Of a DNA stretch of 32,000 bases, positions 26,100 to 32,000 are shown piece by piece. This DNA comes from Aquifex aeolicus VF5 (GTDB lineage: Bacteria; Aquificota; Aquificia; Aquificales; Aquificaceae). How positions within the stretch are numbered: position 1 is the first letter of the stretch; every line of letters starts with the position of its first letter. Under the pieces are notes generated by a model. The model was not told where the DNA came from and searched no databases. It saw only the letters and a list, made by a program, of their open reading frames with translations. The DNA lies in assembly GCF_000008625.1 (NCBI RefSeq), contig NC_000918.1, forward strand, positions 1,140,001 to 1,172,000. Direction: 5' to 3'. Both the position numbers and the translations under genes were made by a program.

Positions 26100-27430
26100 A
26101 CCATTATCCTTTCCACAAAGGTTATGTCGTGCTTTCCTTCTATAAACTCTTTCTGATCAAGTACCCTAAGGTGAAATTCCGTGTTGACCTTTAATCCCTT
26201 TCCTTCAATCTTTAGTTCTCCGAGAGCCCTTTTTCCTCTCGCTATCGCTTCCTGACGCGTATTTCCCCATACAATTATCTTTGCAAGCAGGGAGTCGTAA
26301 TAGGGCGGAACTGTGTAGCCTTGGTACAGGTGAGTGTCTACTCTGACTCCCGGACCTCCGGGAAGGATTAATTTTTCCACCTGCCCGGGAGAGGGAATAA
26401 AAGTTACTGGATCTTCAGCGTTTATCCTGAACTCTATAGCAAAACCATTAGTTTCCACTTTTTCAAGTTTTATCTCCTCTCCCATGGCTGCTATTAACTG
26501 GAGCTTTACTATGTCCACACCCGTTACCATCTCCGTTACCGGGTGTTCAACCTGTATCCTTCCGTTCATTTCCATAAAGTAAAAGTTCCCCTCTTCGTCC
26601 ATCAGGAACTCAACCGTCCCCGCGGAAGTGTAACCGAGTCTTTTACAAAATTCCGCTACCTTTTCGGAGATTTCCTTTCTTTTCTCTTCACTCACGGAAA
26701 CACTCGGAGCTTCTTCTATTAACTTCTGGTGTCTTCTCTGAATAGAGCATTCCCTTTCTCCGAGAACGTACACGTTTCCGTGTTCGTCCGCAATTACCTG
26801 AAACTCTATGTGTTTGGGATTTATCACGTACTTTTCTATGTAAAGCCTACCATCTCCGAAAGCACTTTCCGCCTCTTTCTTCGCTAAGGGAAACTTTTCC
26901 CTCAGTTCTTTTTCATCCCTTATTATTCTTATTCCCCTTCCTCCGCCTCCGGCCGCAGCCTTTATAACAACGGGATAACCTATCTTTGAAGCGAGTTTCA
27001 CAGCTTCAGAAAACTCAAGGGGCTCATCGCTTCCGGGAACTAAAGGGAGTCCTACTTCCTTTGCAACCTTCTTTGCCAGAACTTTATCCCCAATCTTCGC
27101 CAGAACCTCGGAGCGTGGTCCTATAAACTTCGCCCCGCTCTTTTCTACGATTTCCGCGAATTTTGGGTTCTCGGATAAAAATCCGTAGCCGGGATACACC
27201 GCATCAGCTTTACTCACTTCCAGTGCGGACATTATCCTCGGAATATCGAGATAACTCTTTGAAGGGTCGGGAGGACCTATGCATATAGCTTCGTCTGCGA
27301 GTTCTACATGGAGGCTGTTTTTGTCAGCCTCCGAGTAAATCGCCACAGTTTTCAATCCCAGTTCCCTACACGCCCTTATAGCCCTTACTGCGATTTCTCC
27401 CCTGTTGGCTATTAAAACCCTTTTGAACAT
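26096..27430 (-). CDS. biotin carboxylase subunit (AccC / pyruvate or 2-oxoglutarate carboxylase small subunit family)
   Basis: FKRVLIANRGEIAVRAIRACRELG, VIKAAAGGGGRGIRI, ECSIQRRHQKLIEEAPS, EMNGRIQVEHPVTE. Confidence 0.93.
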   Translation of the reverse strand: MFKRVLIANRGEIAVRAIRACRELGLKTVAIYSEADKNSLHVELADEAICIGPPDPSKSYLDIPRIMSALEVSKADAVYPGYGFLSENPKFAEIVEKSGAKFIGPRSEVLAKIGDKVLAKKVAKEVGLPLVPGSDEPLEFSEAVKLASKIGYPVVIKAAAGGGGRGIRIIRDEKELREKFPLAKKEAESAFGDGRLYIEKYVINPKHIEFQVIADEHGNVYVLGERECSIQRRHQKLIEEAPSVSVSEEKRKEISEKVAEFCKRLGYTSAGTVEFLMDEEGNFYFMEMNGRIQVEHPVTEMVTGVDIVKLQLIAAMGEEIKLEKVETNGFAIEFRINAEDPVTFIPSPGQVEKLILPGGPGVRVDTHLYQGYTVPPYYDSLLAKIIVWGNTRQEAIARGKRALGELKIEGKGLKVNTEFHLRVLDQKEFIEGKHDITFVERIMV

Positions 27431-27442
27431 TAAGAATACATT

Positions 27443-28417
27443 TTAAAGCTCATTCAGGAGTTTATCCGCTAAGCTTACCATTTCTTTTAAAGTTTTTGCA
27501 GAACGCAGAAGTTCTCTCTTTTCGTAACCGCTCAGGTTTACAAGCTCAAAGTCTTCAACTCCCTTCTTTCCGAGAACTACGGGCAGTCCTATGCACACTC
27601 CTTCTATTTCGTAGTGCTTTGCAGCTTCCCCTTCAACGTAAACGGAGCAAGGCATTACCCTTTTCCTGTCGTTGATTATAGACTCAACCATTATCACAAC
27701 CGAGGCGGCGGGTGCATAGTAGGCAGAAGTGCCCATAAGGGATACTATCTGCGCTCCACCTTTTCTGGTCTTTTCTATGAGTTCATCTATCTCGCTTGCA
27801 CTGAAAACTTCCTCTATCGGTTTGTCTCCTATAAAGCTGTGCGAGGTTACTGGCACCATTAAATCCCCGTGAGTTCCCAGAACCAGAGTCCTTATATCAG
27901 CGTTTGATATACCTATCTTTTCCTTTACGAAGTTTTTAAACCTTGCGGAATCGAGAACTCCGGCCATTCCGATAACCCTTCTCGGTTCAAATCCCGTCAA
28001 CTTTATGGTGGCGTAAGTGAGCGTATCCACAGGATTTGAAACCACTATAATTATTGAATCCTTCGCGTATTCCTTTATCGCATCCGTGAACTTTTTCAAG
28101 ATTTTTAAGTTTTCGTAGAGTAAATCCTCCCTGCTCATCCCCTCCCTTCGAGGTATTCCCGCGGTAATTACCACGATGTCTGAACCCTTTAGTTCTTCAA
28201 AACCCTCTTTGTCGTAGGAAATCCCTTTAACGTTTATATCTATGTCCATTAAAACAGCCATTTGTTTTAGATCAAGAGCCTTAGCTTTCGCAGGTTCTAA
28301 ACCTTTTTTATACCTCGCAAATAGGTAAACGTCTCCGAGGCCGAGGATCGTGAGGAGGTAGGCTACATTTTCCCCTACCTTTCCCGCACCTATTACACTA
28401 ATTTTTGGCTTTTTCAT
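27443..28417 (-). CDS. mdh: malate/lactate dehydrogenase family protein, probably malate dehydrogenase
   Basis: KISVIGAGKVGENVAYLL, VVITAGIPRREGMSREDLL, VSNPVDTLTY, LGTHGDLMVPV; start at 28417 (MKKPKIS) preferred over track start 28447. Confidence 0.9.
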   Translation of the reverse strand: MKKPKISVIGAGKVGENVAYLLTILGLGDVYLFARYKKGLEPAKAKALDLKQMAVLMDIDINVKGISYDKEGFEELKGSDIVVITAGIPRREGMSREDLLYENLKILKKFTDAIKEYAKDSIIIVVSNPVDTLTYATIKLTGFEPRRVIGMAGVLDSARFKNFVKEKIGISNADIRTLVLGTHGDLMVPVTSHSFIGDKPIEEVFSASEIDELIEKTRKGGAQIVSLMGTSAYYAPAASVVIMVESIINDRKRVMPCSVYVEGEAAKHYEIEGVCIGLPVVLGKKGVEDFELVNLSGYEKRELLRSAKTLKEMVSLADKLLNEL

Positions 28418-28979
28418 AAGAAATGAGTTTATCAATTTCCCTTTCACTTATAGGCTTATAATCATTCCACTCAACGTTTGCGTTTATACATTCTATTCTG
28501 TAATCCTTACAAGCACACTTTATTCCCTCTCTGTTCCAGTGGACGTGTCCGTGTATTAGGAGGTCGCAATTTTCTTTAAAGTAAATTTCTCTTACCATTT
28601 CCTGTCTGTCGGGATACCTTTCGGTTATGGGATCCTTTGCGGGGTAGTGGGAAAGGAGTATTCTCTTTCCTTTGTGTTCAATTATCTTGTAAAAGTCGTA
28701 AATTTCGTCAAAGTACTCTTTCAGGGATTCTTTGTCTTTGTCGTGGTTCCCCATAACGAGGATTTTTCTCCCCGGAAGGGCTTTCCATATTCTTAAATAC
28801 TCGTTCTTGTCGTTAAAGTGCCAAGTAAAATCTCCGAGGTGATACAAAGTGTCTTCGGGCTTTAAAACTTTCAGGAGGTTAGTAAGGATTACTATTTCAA
28901 AACCTTTGAACCTTACTTCTGGATTGAGATTTATTATGTTTTCGTGGTAGAAGTGTGTGTCGGAGATAAAGTACATCAT
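28398..28979 (-). CDS. calcineurin-like metallophosphoesterase
   Basis: YFISDTHFYHENI, HLGDFTWH, LVMGNHDKD, LLIHGHVH motifs. Confidence 0.9.
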   Translation of the reverse strand: MMYFISDTHFYHENIINLNPEVRFKGFEIVILTNLLKVLKPEDTLYHLGDFTWHFNDKNEYLRIWKALPGRKILVMGNHDKDKESLKEYFDEIYDFYKIIEHKGKRILLSHYPAKDPITERYPDRQEMVREIYFKENCDLLIHGHVHWNREGIKCACKDYRIECINANVEWNDYKPISEREIDKLISYEKAKN

Positions 28980-28992
28980 CGCTATTTATTTT

Positions 28993-29059
28993 AGAAAGGG
29001 CCTCCCGGGCGGGAGGCCAAAAATCGGTGGAGGGAGGTGGGGGGAGGGAGGGGCTTTCT
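28993..29059 (-). promoter_or_regulatory. structured 5' leader candidate upstream of the metallophosphoesterase gene
   Basis: Perfect 8-bp stem GGCCTCCC(28999-29006)/GGGAGGCC(29011-29018) with 4-nt loop; alternative outer pairing 28993-29006 with 29046-29059 (12/14); purine-pure G tracts between. Confidence 0.45.
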
Positions 29060-29231
29060 CACCTCTCTACTATTAAATTTATGCAATTGAAATTTTTTTG
29101 CAAGTTCTCCTAACTTCTTCATTCTCCGTAGTTTTCAAACCATTGACAGTTATAATAATATTACAATAAAATATAACTTGTTTATGACTACTATCATAAG
29201 AGGATTAATAAAAGCGGGAAAAGAGGGGAGA

Positions 29232-31148
29232 TTACTCTTTATTTTTTATCTTTTCTTTAATCCAGTCAAGGAATTTATTAAGTTCCATACTGCCGAGATT
29301 TCCTTCCTTTTTGGTTCTCACGGATACCGTATTGTTCTGAGCTTCCCTATCACCTACGACCAAGATAACCGGTATTTTCTTCAGTTCTGCGTCCCTTATC
29401 TTCGCATTCATTCTCTCTTCTCTTAAGTCCATTTCGGCCCTTATGCCGTTTTCCTTCAGGAACTCGTAGACTTTCTTAGCGTACTCGTGGTGACGATCCG
29501 CTATGGGGATAATCATTACCTGCGTTGGTGAGAGCCATATGGGAAGGAGTCCCGCGTAGTGTTCAAGGAGGATTCCCGTAAACCTCTCTATGGAACCGAG
29601 GAGTGCCCTGTGTATCATGTAAGGTCTGTGTTTCTTGTTGTCGGGCCCAACGTAAGTCATGTCAAACCTTTCGGGAAGGTTGAAGTCAAACTGTATGGTG
29701 GAGAGTTGCCACATCCTGCCTATGGCGTCCCTTATCTTTACGTCTATCTTCGGACCGTAGAAGGCTCCGCCTCCTTCGTCTATCTCGTACTCGTAGCCTA
29801 AATCTTCTATCGCCTTTTTAAGGGCGTTCTGAGAAACTTCCCACTGCTCGTCGGAACCTATTGAGTACTCGGGTCTCGTGGAGAGGTAAATCTTGAACTC
29901 GTTAAATCCGAAGTCTTTTAAGGTACTCAGGGCGAAGTCCAGAGTTTCCCTTATCACATCATTAACCTGCTCGGGTGTGCAGACTATGTGAGCGTCGTCC
30001 TGCGTAAAGCCCCTAACTCTGAGTAGTCCGTGGAGAACTCCAGAGAGCTCGTACCTGTAAACCGTTCCAAGTTCAAAGAGTTTTAGAGGTAGTTCCTTGT
30101 AGCTCCTTGTCCTGCTCTTGTATATTGCTATGTGGAAGGGGCAATTCATGGGCTTTACGTAGTACTCCTCTTCGTCTATCTTCATGGAAGGAAACATGTT
30201 CTGTTTGTAGCACTCAAGGTGTCCGCTCGTTTCCCAGAGCTTGGATTTTCCTACGTGGGGAGTGTAAACGAGCTGGTATCCTCTCTTTAGGTGTTCTTCC
30301 CTTAAATAGTCTTCCAGAACCTTTCTGTATATTGCTCCCCTCGGAAGCCACAGAATTAATCCAGCTCCCACGTTGTCGTCTATCGTGAAGAACTCCAGTT
30401 CCTTTCCGAGTCTCCTGTGATCCCTCTTCTTTACTTCCTCGTAGAACTTTAGCCTTTCCTTTACTTCTTTGTCGCTCCAGTAAGCTATACCGTAAATCCT
30501 TGTGAGCTGAGGCTGATCACTCCTTCCCTTCCAGTAAGCCCCTGAAATTGAAGTGAGTTTAAAGGCTCCTGCCTTCCCCGTTGAAGGGAGGTGAGGTCCT
30601 TTGCAGAGGTCTATAAAGTCCCCCTGTTCGTAAACGGAAATGACTTCCTCTTCTGGTATCTCCTTTATTATGTCTATCTTGTACTTTTCCTTTAATTTGT
30701 CAAAGAGTTTTATCGCCTCCTCCCTTGAGAGCTCCCTCCTCAGAATGGGATAATCCCTCTCTATTATCTCCTTCATCTTTTGTTCTATTTTGGGAAGATC
30801 CTCTTCAGTTATCTTGTGTCCTTCTACTTCAACGTCGTAGTAAAAGCCCTCCTCGGTGGTTGGCCCAACTCCTAGGTGAACCTTTTTAGCCCCGTAGAGT
30901 TCCTTTAAGGCTTGTGCCATTATGTGTGCGAGGGAGTGCCTCATTATCTCAAGGCTTTCCTTTGATCCCCTATATACGGGCTTTATCTCACCCGATTCCC
31001 TTACGGGTGTTTGCAGATCTATGATCTTTCCGTTTATTACTCCGCCGAGGGCGTCTTTTATACCTGCAAGCTCAAATATCTTTCCGAGAGGCGTTCCCTT
31101 CTCTACCTCGTACTCCTTTCCCTTAATCTTTACCTTAATCTTTTCCAT
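29232..31148 (-). CDS. thrS: threonyl-tRNA synthetase
   Basis: TGS domain start, HIMAQAL-like HSLAHIMAQAL, MNCPFHIAIYK, RVRGFTQDDAHIVC, MIHRALLGSIERF. Confidence 0.97.
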   Translation of the reverse strand: MEKIKVKIKGKEYEVEKGTPLGKIFELAGIKDALGGVINGKIIDLQTPVRESGEIKPVYRGSKESLEIMRHSLAHIMAQALKELYGAKKVHLGVGPTTEEGFYYDVEVEGHKITEEDLPKIEQKMKEIIERDYPILRRELSREEAIKLFDKLKEKYKIDIIKEIPEEEVISVYEQGDFIDLCKGPHLPSTGKAGAFKLTSISGAYWKGRSDQPQLTRIYGIAYWSDKEVKERLKFYEEVKKRDHRRLGKELEFFTIDDNVGAGLILWLPRGAIYRKVLEDYLREEHLKRGYQLVYTPHVGKSKLWETSGHLECYKQNMFPSMKIDEEEYYVKPMNCPFHIAIYKSRTRSYKELPLKLFELGTVYRYELSGVLHGLLRVRGFTQDDAHIVCTPEQVNDVIRETLDFALSTLKDFGFNEFKIYLSTRPEYSIGSDEQWEVSQNALKKAIEDLGYEYEIDEGGGAFYGPKIDVKIRDAIGRMWQLSTIQFDFNLPERFDMTYVGPDNKKHRPYMIHRALLGSIERFTGILLEHYAGLLPIWLSPTQVMIIPIADRHHEYAKKVYEFLKENGIRAEMDLREERMNAKIRDAELKKIPVILVVGDREAQNNTVSVRTKKEGNLGSMELNKFLDWIKEKIKNKE

Positions 31149-31184
31149 AGAGATTTATTTTAGGCTTAGCTTATCTTTTTCAAT

Positions 31185-32000
31185 ATGAAGAAATCTCCCA
31201 AAATCAGTTTAATACTTGAAGCTTTCCAGAACCTTGAAAAGGCTTACGTTGACCTCAAAAAGAACCTTGAAATTCCAAAGGAGGAATTTGTTAAGAATAA
31301 ACTTGTTCAGGACAGGGTGAGGATAGACTTTAACCTCGCCTTTGAGAGTACAATGAGGGTGTGCAGGCACCTCTCCGCTGTTTACGGCGTAAAAACCTCT
31401 TCAAGGGACTGCCTTCCTAAAATTGCCGAGCATATAGGTCTTCCCTTTGCGGACAGGTTAAAGAAATTTTCCGAATTTTACTTCCGCTACAGGGACTTAA
31501 AAGACACCGTTTCTCCAGAAGAACTCTATGACTTTTTAAAGGAAAACCTCGTCCTTTTTAAAGAGTTTGCGAGGGGTGTTGTAGAGTACATAAAGAAGAC
31601 CACGGGCAATTACCTGTTGATAGACTTTGACCTTCTGAACGAAAAAGCGAAGTTCATAAAGGATTCCGTGAAGAAGATAGACTTCGTCCTGTCTCAGGGA
31701 GAAGAAGAGTTCAAGAAAACGCCTATGTACTACGACAGGGTGAAGTACTTCTATCAGGTGGCTTACGACTCGCTGTTTGACATATGCAAGCACCTCGCTC
31801 CAAAGTTCGGCATAAAGAAGTTCGGGGATGATTGCCTAACGAAAATGGTGGAAAAGGGGGTAATCCCTCCTGAATATTACGAAACTGTTCTGAAAATGAC
31901 GCTCCTTAAGAACAAGCTCATAAGCACGTGGGAGGTGAGTCCGGAAGAGCTTTACAGAAGTCTTAAAGAGCTAAATGACAAGTTCATCCCCGTTCTCAGG
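31185..32000 (+). CDS. partial ORF (272 codons, runs off the window) with two DUF86/HepT-like repeats
   Basis: Not in the supplied track; translated by eye from ATG 31185: MKKSPKISLILEAFQNLEKAYVDLKKNLEIPKEEFVKNKLVQDRVRIDFNLAFESTMRVCRHL... followed by a second copy FDLLNEKAKFIKDSVKKIDFVLS...VKYFYQVAYDSLFDICKHLAPKFGIKK... Confidence 0.8.
   Translation, partial: MKKSPKISLILEAFQNLEKAYVDLKKNLEIPKEEFVKNKLVQDRVRIDFNLAFESTMRVCRHLSAVYGVKTSSRDCLPKIAEHIGLPFADRLKKFSEFYFRYRDLKDTVSPEELYDFLKENLVLFKEFARGVVEYIKKTTGNYLLIDFDLLNEKAKFIKDSVKKIDFVLSQGEEEFKKTPMYYDRVKYFYQVAYDSLFDICKHLAPKFGIKKFGDDCLTKMVEKGVIPPEYYETVLKMTLLKNKLISTWEVSPEELYRSLKELNDKFIPVLR

Noticed and set aside
28999-29018. GC hairpin as a rho-independent terminator
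   Set aside because: On neither strand is it followed by a clean U-run, and it lies just upstream of a start codon rather than after a gene, so a leader structure is preferred.
29027-29054. Bacterial SRP RNA (4.5S) candidate based on the G-rich segment
   Set aside because: Lacks the conserved GGAAGCA apical-loop motif.
31536-31793. 85-aa minus-strand ORF near the right edge
   Set aside because: Antisense to the better-supported tandem HepT-like ORF starting at 31185.

Overview
Accessory-poor, very compact thermophile chromosome segment. Protein content and the tmRNA tag APEAELALAA fit Aquifex aeolicus or a very close relative (organism call is recognition-based, not searched). Contents: MBL hydrolase, stand-alone PolA-type 5'-3' exonuclease, nfo, NrnA-like DHH phosphoesterase, kamA, gpsA (with an apparent 1-nt frameshift), prs, tRNA-Gln(UUG), a lipoate-ligase-like/DUF116 fusion divergent from a GlcF/HdrBC-like Fe-S protein, a glycosyltransferase gene split by a 1010-bp IS with 9-bp target duplication, ssrA, a rearranged spc ribosomal operon (rplN to rplO, then rplU), V4R protein, lpxK, GcvH/LbpA-like protein, class II aldolase, bioW, gamma-carbonic-anhydrase-like protein, trmH, flgK, flgL, biotin carboxylase, malate dehydrogenase, metallophosphoesterase, thrS, and an unlisted partial ORF at the right edge with two DUF86/HepT-like repeats. 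Best leads: the LplA-DUF116 fusion and its possible link to the unusual H-protein, the tandem HepT-like protein, the structured G/C-tract leader upstream of the metallophosphoesterase, the tRNA-Gln sitting 11 nt before prs, and the IS-split glycosyltransferase. I saw no CRISPR array, prophage or clear defence island.
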